A model generated the notes under the pieces. That model searched no databases. It saw only the letters and a list, made by a program, of their open reading frames with translations, and was not told where the DNA came from. From the human T2T-CHM13v2.0 reference genome, Homo sapiens, in NCBI RefSeq assembly GCF_009914755.1, contig NC_060937.1: a stretch of DNA of 64,000 nt, one strand, 5' to 3'. Shown here piece by piece: positions 27,415 through 44,756 of this stretch (position 1 is the first letter of the stretch; every line of letters begins with the position of its first letter). The position numbers and the translations under genes were made by a program.

Positions 27415-27609
27415 TTTTTTTTATTACACTTTAAGTTCTAGGTACATGTGCACAACGTGCAGGTTTGCTACATATGTATACATGTGCCATGTTGGTGTGC
27501 TGCACCCATTAACTCATCATTTACATTAGGTATATCTCCTAATGCTTTCCCTCCCCCCACCCCACAACAGGCCCCGGTATGTGATGTTCCCCTTCCTGTG
27601 TCCAAGTGT
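27415..27609 (-). mobile_element. L1PA 3' end fragment (~190 bp)
   Basis: ttattacactttaagttctaggtacatgtgcacaacgtgcagg...gtgatgttccccttcctgtgtccaagtgtt = antisense L1PA 3'UTR. Confidence 0.93.
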
Positions 27610-27931
27610 TTTTTTTTGTGTGAGACAGGGTCTCGCTCTGTCACCCAGGCTGGAGTGCAGTGGTGCAATCGTAGCTCATTGCAGCTGTGACCTCCCAGGT
27701 TCAAACAATCCTCTGCCTTAGACTCCCAAGTAGCTGGGACTACAGGCTCACGCCACTACGCCTGGGTAATTTTTATTTTTATTTTTATTTTTTTTTTGGT
27801 ACAGATGGGGTCTCACTATTATTGCCCAGGTTGGTCTTGAACTCCTGCGCTCAAGCAGTCCTCCCACATTGGCCTCCCACATTGGCCTCCCACGGTGCTG
27901 GGATTACAGGCATGAGCTACCACGCCCGGCC
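27610..27931 (-). mobile_element. Alu (AluJ-type)
   Basis: Antisense dimer with 13-bp internal tandem duplication (ggcctcccacatt). Confidence 0.92.
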
Positions 27932-28626
27932 GCTTTACTGTTTTTACGTCAACCTAATGCCACCAGTATAAGGAATAAGCAATGCCCTCTAACCCAATTT
28001 ACACAACAAGAAGTTGTCCAGTTCATTGTCCTTCTTCAGATATGTGAGAAGAAAGAGGCAGTAACCACTGAAAAAGATATCAAAGAAAAACGAATGATTT
28101 GTCCAGCCAAAGAAGCCATCAATTGTCCGCACCTTGAAGAGGAAGCTGCCACTAAACTCATAAAGAGGAAAGTGTCTCATCATAAACAGACCAACCTCAG
28201 GGTGGGACCAACACCATCTCCTAGACATAAGGAGCTGCATCCTCAATCAAGCAGAAGAACAGGGCCAGGCGCTGACTTGGGATGTATGACATTCCGGTTC
28301 CTAAAGTGAGTCCAGCCACTATTAACAGCTTTTAGAAACAGCTGACGCCCTTGAGCCCTCACTATGTGCAGGCATTGCCTCTTCAGCGGTTCAGCTCCCA
28401 GGACCCTGCGGGGCTCAGTGCATCACCCCCAGCCCAGATGAGACAAGCATGCAGGCCCCAGTCACACGGGCCCTGGTCACATGGGCAGCAAATGGCAGAG
28501 GCAGGCCTTGAACTCCAGCAAGCAGAGCCCAGGGCTCCTATTCCCAACAACCATGCTACACTATCAGCTTCAGGTCCTCCACCAGGATGGATCAGGAAAA
28601 AAAGAGTTAGAAAAAAGAATGAAGGC

Positions 28627-29275
<649 letters not shown>

Positions 29276-30150
29276 GGGCTGAGCAAACCCAAAAGTCAAG
29301 CTATGCATCAAGAGCAAAATGCCTGAATCCACTCCCAGAAAACCAGCTCCCTGGGGACGGCTGTTTCCTCCCAGCAAGGCAGCAGGGGCGAGACCGTGAA
29401 AGAACCATCCTGTGTGCTCAGCTGTGCACTTCCCTCACGTTCTTACTCTGAGACCAAGCTTCCTCCACTGTCCCTGGCCAGGCAAGAGCCCCACAATGGT
29501 CACCTGTCACCATCCAGGAAACATCTCATGAAAACTCTGCTCAATTGTACCAAGAAAATACTCTGAGCCAACATCCAGCAGCCGGATATGACTGTGGGAG
29601 TTGACAACAACCCTACCCCTCTAATAGTAATGCTTTTCTGCCAGAAGAAAGAACTAAAACCTCAAGACAAATTAATCAATCACAGGAAGAAAGGAGGCGA
29701 TTAGGTGACCTTATTTTTTAAATAAGCTAATAATTCAAATTCAGTAATCCAATGTAGTTGCTTGCATTTATAGTTGCTTTAATTTTGTTCTGAATAGTCT
29801 ATGACAATTAAAGGGCATTCAAAAACATAGCTGTGCTTTATGACATAAAGGAGGATGATTACTTTTCTAGTCTAGCAAGTCCAAGGGTTTATATTGGTAA
29901 TAAAATAAAAATCAGTATTGCAGTCCTGCTTAATGACTGTCTACATCCAGAGACTCAACTACCAGGACTGCTTGGCAAATACTGACCGACAGCCATCCAA
30001 ACCCCTGCCCGCGAAATGAAGCTTTTTTCCTTTTTGAAAAAAAGAGTCCAAACCTAAAACTATTTCCAGTTAACGGAACTGCAACATATGAGGCAGAGGA
30101 GAATTATTCCAGGAAAATGGATTTTTCACTTTTAAATATACATCAATGCA

Positions 30151-30541
<391 letters not shown>

Positions 30542-31029
30542 TGAAGGATAAACTAAAAATAAAGCAAGTGTCATACGCCACATGAACCACTCACATCACT
30601 AACTGCAGGTAGAGTAGTTCCACCTGTGGCCCACTACGTGGCTTCTGGAAAAATGATGAATGTAAAGCAGGAAGAAGCTTAGTTCTCAAGTCACATCACT
30701 CTTCAGACATGAATGTACTAAAAATAGTTCAATGACAAAACCAAATTACTCAGAGATGTTCTTTAACACTCCGATATTAACAGAAACAGGCAAGTCCCAA
30801 AAAATACACGTATATAACAGACTTAGCTTTAAAACACACACTGGCACATGCCAGCATATGTAATCCAATCTCCTTTACCTTCAAGAGATACTCTGTTGTC
30901 CTGTAATAACGAATGTTTAGAATGAGATTATCAAATAAAAGTGCAGGTATTTGCTAATGTCTCCAAATAAAGTAAAACTAAAATTATTTCAGCTCTTTTC
31001 AAAGCACATTTTAACCTGTTTCAAAGTCA

Positions 31030-31477
<448 letters not shown>

Positions 31478-32439
31478 CTACAAAGAAGGCGAGGAGCTGG
31501 AAGAGCATGCTCTCCACTGCCCCGACCCTCACGGCTGGTCTCTGCTGGGCTGCAGCAAGCCCCGCGCAGCTGCCCATGCCCCTGGAATGGGAGTTACCTG
31601 GCTGTTGGGTTAAAGTACAGAATCTGGCTCAGGAGGCCTGGCTGGGTCCTGGGTTCTGCTGCTGCCAGCCCGAGGACCTTGCCGAGGAGGAGACGGCCAC
31701 GCTTCAGCCTCTCATCAACCCAAGGTGAGAGCCGACCACCCCTCGCTCTAAGTAAAACCTGACAGCTGATCTTTTCACACCTCACCACTCTCCTGCCTTC
31801 CTCTGATACTCTCCACCTGGTCACGGTCACGGCGCAGCAACAGATTCCTCAAGCAGTGAAAGCTGACCCCCAGGCCTCAGGAACATCACTCCTGCCTGGG
31901 TCTGTGGCACAGGGTAACAGGCCAGAGTTAATCAGATTTGGAATTAGTTAGGTTTAGAATGTGCTTTTGCAACTGCTGTAGAAAAGTGCCTGGCTAAGTA
32001 AACAATAGGCCACCAGCTTTAGCACATGGGAACGAAGTGTCTTCAAACAATCCAGAAATTGTTATCAGCCCAGGCACAATAGCAATACAACTGCCACATG
32101 AAAGCTCACCTCGTTCTTATCTTCTCATTAACACAAGATTCGCTAGAAGATTTCCAGTGACAATGTCAATTTGGAAAGTATTTAAAACTTCCTCCATTCC
32201 TTCTGACTTCTCATTTTTCAGGAAAAGCAGCCAAGTTAGCAGGGAACTGCCTGCCCTAATCTTGGTATTAGTGGAATTCTCTGGGCCAGAGCCCTTCGCC
32301 TGCCTGGGGCTCAGCTTCCTCAGTGTCCCTGCACCAACTGGATCTGATCCCTTTAACCAAATCAGTGTTCCTTCCAGGGACTTCCCTAAGGGCTAGCTGA
32401 CTGCGAGTTTACTTCAAGTGCCAGGCGGAGTGTCCAGCC

Positions 32440-32510
32440 ACACACACACACACACACACACACACTCTCACATACATGCACGTACATGCCATGCACACAT
32501 ACACATACTC
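32440..32510. repeat. (CA)n microsatellite with degenerate extension
   Basis: cacacacaca... run. Confidence 0.9.
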
Positions 32511-32664
32511 ACAGTTGCATTTCTTTCTCCCCACTGTGTCCACATTTCACACATCTGGAATCAGAGACCCCAGATGCTCACACACGGAGACAGTAACCAG
32601 TGGCCACCATCAGCAGGAACGGGGTGCAAACAGCCTGGGGAAGGAACTGCCAAATAATAAGGGT

Positions 32665-32752
32665 GTTTGTTGGTTTTGTTTTTGTTTTGTTTTGTTTTAA
32701 TTTTATTATTATTATACTTTAAGTTTTAGGGTACATGTGCACAACATGCAGG
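32665..32752 (-). mobile_element. Very short L1PA 3' stub
   Basis: ttattattattatactttaagttttagggtacatgtgcacaacatgcagg. Confidence 0.85.
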
Positions 32753-33753
32753 ATGACGAGTTTTGTTTTGTTTTTAATCAGAACGCTTGCTGTATTTTAT
32801 TCTCAGCTTTACTGGGGTATAAATGACAAGCAAAATTTGTAAATATTTCAGATGTACAACATGATATTTTGATGTATCATGAAATGATTACCCTATTAAG
32901 CTAATTAACACATCTATCACTGCACATAGCTACCATGGGTGTGCAGACAGAACATTGAAACTCCACCCTCTCAGCCAATTTCAAGCCTATCACATGGTAC
33001 TGGTTAACTACAGTCACCTGCCTGGGGCTCTACATTAGACCTCCAGAACTTATTCAGCCTGCAGAACTGAACCTTCGTAGCCTTTGATTAAAAACTCCCC
33101 AATTCCCTCTCCCCACCCACCTGCCAGCTCCTTGTAACCACCATTCCACTCTGCTTCAGTGAGTTCAACTTGTTCAGATGCCAGGCATCAGTGAGACTAT
33201 GTGGTATTTGTCTTTCGGTATCTGGTTTATTTCACTTACCATGATGTCCTCCGGGTTCACAAACAACAGGATTTCTCCCTTTTCCAAGCTTGGATAATAC
33301 TCCACGGTGTATATTTACCACATTTTCTTGATCCGTGCACATCAGTGGAAGCTTAGGTTGATTCTGTATCTTGGCTACTGTGAACACGGGAGTGCAGACA
33401 TCTCTGAGAAATACTGATTTCCTTTCTTCTAGACAGATACCCAGCAGTGGGACTGCTGGATCATTTGTTCTAGTTTTAATTTTTTGAGGAACCATCATGT
33501 CTTCCACCGCGGCCATACCCGTTCACATTCCCACCAGCAATGTGCGGGGTTCTCTTGTCTCCACATCCTCACCAGCACTTACCCTTTGTCTTTCTGATGA
33601 CAGCCATTCTAACAGGTGCGACCTGACAGCTCACTGTACTGCTAACCTGGCTGTCTCTGCAATTAGTCATATTGAACATTTTTTCATATACCTGTTGGCC
33701 ATTTGTATGTCTTCTTTTGAGAAATGTCTATTCAGTTCAGGACCTTTGCTCAT

Positions 33754-34056
33754 TTTATTTTTTTTTATTTTTATTTTAGAGACAAAGTCTCACTCTGTCA
33801 CCCAGGCTAGAGTGCGGTGGTGTGATCTTGGCTCACTGTAACCTCAAACTCAAGCGATCCTCCTGCCTCAGCCTCCCACGTAGGTGGGACTACAGATGTG
33901 CACCACCTCCCCTGGCTAATTTTTCTTATTTTTTTGTAGAGACAGGGTCTCACTATGTTGCCCAGCCTGTTCTTGAACTTCTGGCCTCAAGTGATCCTCT
34001 GACACCTCGGCCTCCCAAAGTGCTGGGATTATAGGTGAGAGCCACGGCACCTGGCC
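33754..34056 (-). mobile_element. Alu (AluJ-type) in L1
   Basis: TSD CCTTTGCTCATT on both sides. Confidence 0.93.
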
Positions 34057-34376
34057 CTTTGCTCATTGTTTAATCTGGTTGTTTTCTTGTTACTCAGTTG
34101 TTTGAGTTCCTTATATATTTTGGATATTAATCCCTTATCAGCTGTATGCTTTCCAAATATCTCCTCCCATTCTGGATGTTCTCTCTTTATTCTGTTGGTT
34201 GTTTCTTCTGTTCTGCAGAAGCTTTTTGGTTTGATGCAATCCCATTTGTCTATTTTTGCTTTTGTTCTCTGTGCTTTCTGGAGTCACATAAAAAAGAATC
34301 ATTAGCCAGACCAATACTGCAAAGCTTTTTTCTTATGTTTTCTTCTAATAGTTATAGTTTCAGGTCTTATGCTTGA

Positions 34377-34688
<312 letters not shown>

Positions 34689-35434
34689 TGATTTTTGTAT
34701 ATGGTGTGAGACAAGGGTCTGGTTTCGTTGTGCATATGGATATCCAGTTTCCCTGGTACCATTTATTGAAGAGGCTGTCCTTTCCCCCAAAGGTTCTTGG
34801 CATCTTTGTCAAAGATCAACTAACAGTAAACGTGTGGATTTGTTTCTGGGCACTCTACCCTGTTCCATTGGTCAATGTGTCTGTTTTCATGCTGAGGTCA
34901 TGCTGTTTTGATTACTATAGCTTTGTAGCATATTTTGAAGTCAGGCAGTGTGATGCTTCCAGCTTTATTATTGCTCAAAATTGAGCAAGAATTTTGCTGG
35001 CTATTTTGGGTCTTCTGTGGTTCCACATAAATTTTAGAATTTTTTTCTATTTCTGTAAAAAATGCCATTGGAATTATGATAGTGATTGCATTGAATCTAT
35101 GAGTGGGATTTTAAAGCAATTCTACCTTGACACATGTTAAAAAATAATTTTCCAAAAAGGGCAAAATCATGACTCTAATACAGATGTAAAAATAAAGACA
35201 CGTTAAACTCATGCAATGAAGGAGCCAGACCTAGGTCATAACCAACTCAAAGAAGTCAAGGCACAGAGACGTGTGGCGCAGACAGACGGGAATACTGGAG
35301 CCTGTGGAGGGTGACATCTAGGAAGACACATGGAGAACCAGAGAGGAGTGCCACAGTGAGTGTGGAAACACAGGTAAAGCGCCTCACCGAGGGAAAGTGA
35401 CGCACCACACACCCTCAAATCTCAAGTAGGTCTC

Positions 35435-35790
35435 TGATATGGTTTGGCTGTGTCTCCGTTCAAATCTCAACTTGAATTGTATCTCCCAGAATTCCCACGT
35501 GTTGTGGGAGGGACCCACAGGGAGGCAATTGAATCATGGGGGCATAGTCTTTCCCGTGCTACTCTTGTGGTAGTAAATAACTCTCATGAGATCTGATGGT
35601 TTTATCAGGGGTTTCTGCCTTTTGCCTCTTCCTCATTTTCTCTTGCCGCCACCATGTAAGAAGTGCCTTTTGCCTCCCACCATGATTCTGAGGTCTCCCC
35701 AGCCATGTGGAACTGTAAGTCCAATTAAACCTCTTTTTCTTCCCAGTCTCGGTTATGTCTTTATTAGCAGCATGAACACGGATTAACACA
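35435..35790 (+). mobile_element. THE1 (THE1B-like) solo LTR
   Basis: TGATATGGTTTGGCTGTG...ACACA, 356 bp, 5-bp TSD GTCTC (35430-34/35791-95), ATTAAA ~35724. Confidence 0.93.
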
Positions 35791-35799
35791 GTCTCCATT

Positions 35800-35972
35800 A
35801 AAAAATACCTAAGAGTGTAACTGGGTTGTTTGTAACGCAAGGGATAAATGCTTGAGGGATGGATACCCCATTTTCCACGATGCAATTATTATGCATTGCA
35901 TGCCTATGTCAACACATTTCATGTACCCCATAAATATATACGCCTACTATGTACTCATAAAAATTTAAAAAG
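35800..35972 (+). mobile_element. L1MA 3' end fragment
   Basis: gataaatgcttgagggatggatacccc...catgtaccccataaatatatacgcctactatgtac + A-rich end. Confidence 0.8.
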
Positions 35973-37318
35973 TATTAAATAAGTGTATTATGTCTCCCAA
36001 AATAGTGCCCATCCTAGCACCCCCTTCTCTTCCTCACAGCAAGTGTTAGAAATCGTATTGTGAATGCTCTTTGTCTGTGGTTGGTCTCCCCAACTGGACT
36101 GCGTATTCTGTCTACTGCCACTTGCCCACGCTTAGCAGAGCATCTGATTTATAGGCAGTCCTCCAAAAAGTGCTGAATAAATGAGCAAGTTCACACTCAC
36201 TGAGTGTTCACTCTACACACATCAGGATATTAAAACTAGAAGGAGCTTGGAGATCCTTGTGCTGAGGTGGTGACTGAGGTGGACACATGGGCCCCCAGAG
36301 CTTGGGCAAGTCTAGAGAAGTGCATCAGTGCCACCTTGGGAAGATGATAAAATTCCTGCACTCCCCCTCAAAAAGAAGGAAATACAAAGCAACATATAAA
36401 AAGGGCACAATAGGAGTCTGTAAAATATGCCCTGTAATGTTAAGGACCTCTTTACAGTCCTTCGTTCTCTATTATTAAGCAATTAATGACTAGAGCCTTG
36501 CTGTGGGGGAAAATGCTGCATTTACTTCTGAGCTCTACATTCCTGTTTCATGATCTGACTCCACAGAAACACCGTGGATCCTGTAGTCTTCACCCAGAAG
36601 CCAGGACCAAGCATACAGCAAAGCAGATGAAAAGTCAATGTCCAACCAGAGCCATTCCAATCCATAATTCTGAAAGTGATTCCTTCACATAGCAGAGAAA
36701 CCCCATGAGATAGGCACCAAAAAAAAAAGCCTCAGCCATTTAATCCTTATCACCCTTTACAAAAGCTAAGGGAACCTATGATGTGCCAGGAGAAAGAAGA
36801 TGACATTGCATTACTGAGAGTCGAGAACCATGCTGGGCTCCCTGCACATCTGTCATCTTATTTAAGCTTCATAACTGTCCCTGGAAATAAGGTTTATTAC
36901 TACAGTTTTAAGAAGACATCACTGAGACTCAGAGACAGGATCATATCTTCATTTTGTTTTCTAAAAGTGTTCCAATTGATTCATCTAAAAAGAAAACCTG
37001 CTGATCCCAAATACAGCTGTGAGGGAAAGGTACAACCCTAAATTCACCTATTTGGGCAACATAAGTCATTTCAAGTTATGCCATGAGATGGTAGCGTCCC
37101 GAAAGGCAGTTCCAACCCACAAGGAAGCACAGTCACACATGAGTCTTCCATTTCTAAGTAGAAATGCCTCATTTTTTATTGATGCACTCAGCGGCTCTGC
37201 AGGCCACCCTTGGTCTGTGTGACAGGGCCACTAAGCGTGTGTCATGGCATGGTGCTGGGTGACACCCAGGCTCACAAATCTTAACTGACCTGGAGCATCT
37301 GTGAACAGTACAAGCTGA

Positions 37319-37660
<342 letters not shown>

Positions 37661-38807
37661 CAAGCTGAACTTCTGTACCACAAACAATAGAAAGTGTTCC
37701 TCCTTCTCAAGGACTCATATGTCAGAAGCCTGGAATGCCGCCAGTCAAGGCCAGGAAGCTGACTGTTGCGCCAAATCACAGCGGTCTACACGGCGCCTCC
37801 TCTAACCAGACTGTCCTGAACTAGAGCAGCCAAGGTCAGGGAAGGGAACGGACCCCTGCCCCAAACACACTGAATCAGCTGGCTCTGCATAAATGAGAAA
37901 GCGCAGCTCAGACACGAGGCGCAACAAGCTTCCTATGTGAATGAAGTGCGCTTAATTCTACACGGGGAAAGCGTTAACAGGAATCTTAACACATTGATCT
38001 CGTTAGTGATGAGACAGGCCACAGGTTGAAACTGTTTTTCATTTACTATCGTTGGGTGCAGCAGGACTTTTCTAGTTCACAGGCACCCCATGCACGAAAT
38101 AGAACGTAGCCCGATGTACATTTATTACCTTGTGTGAGTGAATGCATACTTGGAGCAATTCCTTTCCAGTTCCACTCTCACTTTAGGATCCAAGTCACTT
38201 CTACGAAGGACACAGCAGGCTGGTGAGATTAAGTGCATAAATCCTCGGACAGGTCTGCCCAGATCAGATCCCCACTCCACCACTCCTGGAGAATAACCTT
38301 GCTACCTGCTACGGTGCCAGAGAGGATTAAAGGAGCTAAAATGGGGAAGCGTTTTGCAGAGCCTCTGGCACATATTAAGTGTTGTGGAAGCATCGGCTAT
38401 AATTTAAGGCCAAAGCTATAAGGCCAAAGTCTGTAGACTGGAACCTCAGTCTTGGGAAGCCTGCATGACCCCACAAGCTAATGCTAATCAGCCTACACAA
38501 CAGTATTGCAAATAGGCCGTCCCATTTATTCTTTGTATCTAAACACTTACTTTAAAATGTAGGTAAGCATTTCAGATATAACCTGGAGCAAAAAGTTTCC
38601 CATAGCAGGTATTCTATAACTGTGAAGCTACCACCAGAGCAACTCCTTATGCCGTCAAGGCTCTTAGTAATAAAATTGAGAATTTCCAAAATACAAATAG
38701 GAAACCTGGTCAACAGACTACAAAAATAAAAGACACTGTTATCCTCAAGGCAACTTCAGTTAGAATGCTACATCTTTTTGATCCAACAATTTTTCTTTTA
38801 TGGATTA

Positions 38808-39167
<360 letters not shown>

Positions 39168-40094
39168 TCACCTGCCTCCATCCTCATGAAGGCACCAGGG
39201 GAGCGCGGTGGGCTCACCTGATTTCTTGGTTAGGTCTGTTCTGTTCCTTTTTTATGCGGGGTCTGTCGGTGGGCACTGCTCCAATGTGAGGGGTCCAGGC
39301 TCCATCGTAGCCTCTTAACCAGCTCAGTGCCAGGAAGGGTGGACTTTGACAAAAACCCACCTCAAATCTGCACTCCCCAACCTGGAGTGCAACCTGTGGC
39401 AAGCTCCCTAGGCTCTCTGGGCCTCAGCTTCCTCATCTGCACCGAGAGGTGAGGATAACACCAAGCACACAAAGTGGATGCCGGAACAATGGACAATGCC
39501 AGAAGGCACTGAGTGTGATGTCTGGCACCCAGAAGCATGATAAATGCCTGCTGCTCTCACAGCCCAGGGCTCCAGCCAGGTAAGGGCTGGGTCCCTACAG
39601 AACCCAGAGGCCTGAACATGTGTGTGATGATTCCAAACTTCCCAGGCCAGTTTTTCATAGGACACTACCCTGACTTCCTTGCAGAACCCTAGCAGTAGGT
39701 AGCTGAGCTATTTCAGAGGCTTAAGACCAGTGTGCGGAGAGCGGTTAGGCCAGAGGGAGGAAAGACATCCGTTGCCATCAACATCTTGTGAGTCCACAAA
39801 ACAAATCAGCAAATATTTACAAAATGCTTTGCTTGGAGCTACAAGCTTAGCTTGGTCTGTGTTAGAATATAAGCTACTAAAAGTTAAGTGTGTTGATTTG
39901 TATCAGCTTGGGTTAAGCAGGAAGGAATATTTCAGACAAAAGCTGAATTCTTGAATGCAGATTCATTTTGCCTGTGCCCTTTGGCATTTCCTAATTTCTA
40001 GCTTCTTCAGCCCTGAATCTGGAATCCAGGGAACTCACCACTGTGTCTTTTCATCCACGGTTCCTAGCTCATGATTCTTACAGCCATTGTTACA

Positions 40095-41300
40095 ATCTAT
40101 TGTTATAATGTTGGGTGCCTTAGGCCTCAGGAACAAAATCTTTCTCTCTGACCTTCTCCTGTCCTCCTTTCACCTGGCCCAGGCCGGACTCTAATCTGAT
40201 TGTGGGTCATTAGACCCTCCTTCCAGAGAGGGTCCTGCCCCATACCCTAGAGGAAGGAATGCTGCAGAGAGGCCTGGGGAATCTGAACAGACAGGCCTTG
40301 CTGGGCTTAGACTGCACCCTTTTTATCCAATCACACTTTTTTAAATTTTTTTTTTTTTTTAATTGAGATGGAGTCTTGCTCTGTTGCCCGGGCTGGAGTG
40401 CAGTGGCACAATCTCAGCTCACTGCAACCTCTGCCGCCTCCTGGGTTCGAACGACCCTCTTGCCTTAGCTTCCTGAGTAGCTGGGACTACAGGCACGCGC
40501 CACCAAGCGCAGCTAATTTTTGTATTTTTAGTAGAGACAGAGTCTCGCCATGTTGGCCGGGCTGGTCTCGAACTTCTGCCCTCAAGTGATCTACCCTCCT
40601 CGGCCTCCCACACTGCTGGGATGACAGGCCTGAGCCACCACACCCGGCCTTTCCAATCACATTTTGACATGATGCCCATGCCTCAACCACAGACAACCAA
40701 TGAAGTCTCCATAAGAAGCCCAGAAAACAGGGTTCAGGGAGCTCCCAGAAAGCCGAGCACATGGAGGCCAACAGGAAGGTGAAGAAGAACTCACCCCCAT
40801 GCCACAAGGGCACCCCAACTCTGTGGCACCCCAACTCCATGGACCCCAACTCTGTGGCACCCCAATTCCGTGGCACCCCTTCCAGACCTTGCTCCATGTG
40901 TCTCTTCATGCGGTTGTTCATTTGTATCCTTTGCAATATCCTGTCTAATAACTAGTAAACAAACATAAGCAACCGTTTCCCAGCAAATTAATTGAACCCA
41001 AAGAGGGGGTCGTGGGAACCCCCACCTGAAGCCGGTGGATCAGAAATTCCAGATGCCTGGAATTGCAACTAGGGGGAAGGAAGGGGTGGTCTTGTGAGAC
41101 TGAGCCCTCACCCTGTGGTATGAGACGCTACCTCCGGGTAGATAGTGGCAGAATTAAACTGGAGGACACCCAGCTGGTATCCACTGCTCGCTGTGTGGGA
41201 AAAACCCTACACCTTTGCTCACAGGAGTTTCCTGTGTCAATGATGGCTGTGGCGCTGTGAGAGCAGAGGAAAAACTCGGGTTTAGAGTTTTTTCCTGAAA
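40095..41300 (+). mobile_element. MER21-like LTR interrupted by an Alu
   Basis: ccagagagggtcctgccccatacc...; ccaatgaagtctccataa; gagactgagccctcacc...ggaggacacccagctggt. Confidence 0.6.
40336..40649 (-). mobile_element. Alu (AluS-type) in LTR
   Basis: TSD TCCAATCACA on both sides. Confidence 0.94.
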
Positions 41301-42425
41301 CACATTCCCGAGGTATCTAGTGGATCTGCCTTCTCCTTGCCACCTTCCAGAGTCTTATGTTTGCTTTTAAGATAAAATCCAAGGTTTTGGGCTGTAATTA
41401 GAGGGAAGAGTAGGGGAAAATACATCTTTTCCAACTTCCCAGAAACACAGTCCTGGTATGTTAGTCTTTTTAATAGATTTGCAATGATATTGAACTCAAA
41501 AGAAATCAAGAGCTACTAAAGAAGTTTTTTAGGATACCATATAATTAATGCCCCAGACCCACAGTTCCCTACCACGCACACAATGGCCTATTGTATCACA
41601 GCACTCAGGACAATGATATTTCCACACTAATTTTATCATTCAGGGTCAATACATCGCTAAGAAAATGAAACTGCTAATGTCAGTCTGTGAATTTTTCCCA
41701 CTGCTTTCAAAAGTTTCCTTCAGCAAAAACTTAGTTTCAAAAATATCACAGAGCAAAACGTTACATTCTATGGAAAACTCCAAGTGAGTAAAACCCAAGG
41801 AGTTTATAAATCCAAGGAAAGAAAAAGAGATCGGAAAAACAGACAACCAGCAGTATGTACTATGGGGTGCAAGGTCACTTTGTAGCAGTTTGGTGGAAGG
41901 AGGAATTCTTCCCTCTGCTACAAAGACCAAGAAATGCTTCACTGAAAGATGGGATAAAATTCAGGCTGGGCATTGCCAGAGACGCTGTAAGCACCTGTGA
42001 GAACCGAGCAAAGACAGGGCACACAGGACGAACTGCAAATCGTACATCAGGGCTCAAGTGCCAGCAGGCAGATAAGAGGAGTGATAAGCTGGGGAGTGCT
42101 GGAGGGGCTCTGAGCAGGGAAGGTGACCAGATCCAGGAGGCCTGGCAGAAAGACCCCTCAGTGAGGTGCAGAAGAGACAGCACCAGGGAAGCCAGGGTTG
42201 AAACGAAGCTGGAACCTGCCTGGGCCAGCGTTCGCGGCCAGCTGGACCATGGAACTCTGTCGTCGCAGTGATGAATCCATTATCCTAAGAATCAACAGCT
42301 GTTTAGGCGTGTGTGTTTGTACGTGTGTGTATGTTTGTACAAAATTTATTTTTCTTGGAGAGGGATGTTATATGAAGTCTCAATACAGAAAGAAGGGCAA
42401 TTTGATCTGGCATCATAAATTTTCA

Positions 42426-43367
<942 letters not shown>

Positions 43368-44065
43368 TTAAAGATAACAAAGCATGAAATTGTCTCCCAA
43401 AGGCATTCAGTGTGACTCAGGTGCTCGTTAACAAACACAGTTGACCTTAATTAAGTTTCTCCTGAACCACAGTGCACTAAAGAGCCTGCAAGGTCCCCTG
43501 GCACCCCAGGATTCCCAGGCGCCACTCCAGGAGGCTGTGGGCCGAGCCTCCCAGCGCACACTGCTCGCAAGCGGCCACTGTGCTCTGCAATCTCCGAGTA
43601 TAATGTCGCTTTGTCCACTCCTGCTGAGGCCAGGACAATCAATTAATTCTCTTTCCCCCATCTTAATACCCACATTCATATTCAGGCCACTGTTGCTGGT
43701 CAATAAAGCAGAGGGACTCTACAAATGAGGCCTTGCACCCAGAAGGCACCTGTTCGAAGTCCTCAGTAGAGGTGACCATGTGGACCCACATGTGCCTGGG
43801 GTTTTGCAGGTTGACCTTCCAGATACAAACCTTAACTGGCATTTCTTCCAAGATCTTTTGTTCAGTAGGAGCTGGTGTTCATCTTAAATCCACCCTCACT
43901 CCACTCTAGCTCAGTACACACACACAGTAGAAACTTGAGAGCTGCTTGTTGAGTTGAACTGAATCTTGGTGTCCTACAACTGCTGAATATTAAACCTTTT
44001 TAGAAGCGTCTATACCTATGGGAACAGACTTTTAGAGAAGCATTGTCTCCTTTACACAACCCAAC

Positions 44066-44280
44066 CAGGGATCAGCAAATGTTTTCCGCAAAGGGCCAGA
44101 TAGTAAATATGTTTGGCTTTCGGTGCTGTCTGGTCTCTGTTGCAATGACTCAACTCTGCCATTACAAGGTGAAAGCAGCCATAGACAATGCATTTAAGTG
44201 CATGCATGTGCATGTGGCTGTGCCAATAAAACTTTATTTACAACAACCAGCAGCAGGCCTGCGTCAGGCCCCAGATCTGT
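44066..44280. mobile_element. MER58A-like DNA transposon
   Basis: cagggatcagcaaat...aagggccagatagtaaatat...ccaataaaactttatttac. Confidence 0.8.
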
Positions 44281-44442
44281 AGAAAGACCATGTGATTGAC
44301 CAAATGGTCTCCAGTCACACAAACACTAATTGTCAGGCTGAGGGTCACCATATTAAGGCCTCAAAAACCACTCAGAAGCCTCTCCTGACTGAGGCTAAAA
44401 TAGAAACTAATGTAATAGGAAAGCCAGCTAAAATCTGACTCC

Positions 44443-44756
44443 TGGCTGGGCGCAGTGGCTCATGCCTGTAATGCCAGCACTTTGGGAGGCCAAGGTAGGA
44501 AGATCACTTTAGCCCAGGAGTTCAAGGCCAGCTTGGGCAATGTAGCAAGACCCCGTCTCTACAAAAACAAAAATTGTTTTTTTAAATAAGGGTGCACACC
44601 TGTGGTCCCAGCTACTCAGGAGGCTGAGGTGGGAGGATTGCTTGAGCCTGGGAGTTTGAAGTTACAGTGAGCTGTGGTTACCCCACTGCACTCCAGCCTG
44701 GACAACAGACCAAGACCTTGTCTCAAAAAAATTAAATAATTATATAAATAAATAAA
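44443..44756 (+). mobile_element. Alu (AluJ-type)
   Basis: Full dimer. Confidence 0.93.

Noticed and set aside
27960-28309. ORFs on both strands in unique-looking DNA (possible pseudogene)
   Set aside because: No recognisable protein family; the + ORF starts in an Alu; tBLASTx would be needed
35526-35536. DUX4-inducible THE1 promoter antisense to RAB20
   Set aside because: The DUX4 site reads CAATTGAATCA rather than TAATTGAATCA, so it is probably disabled
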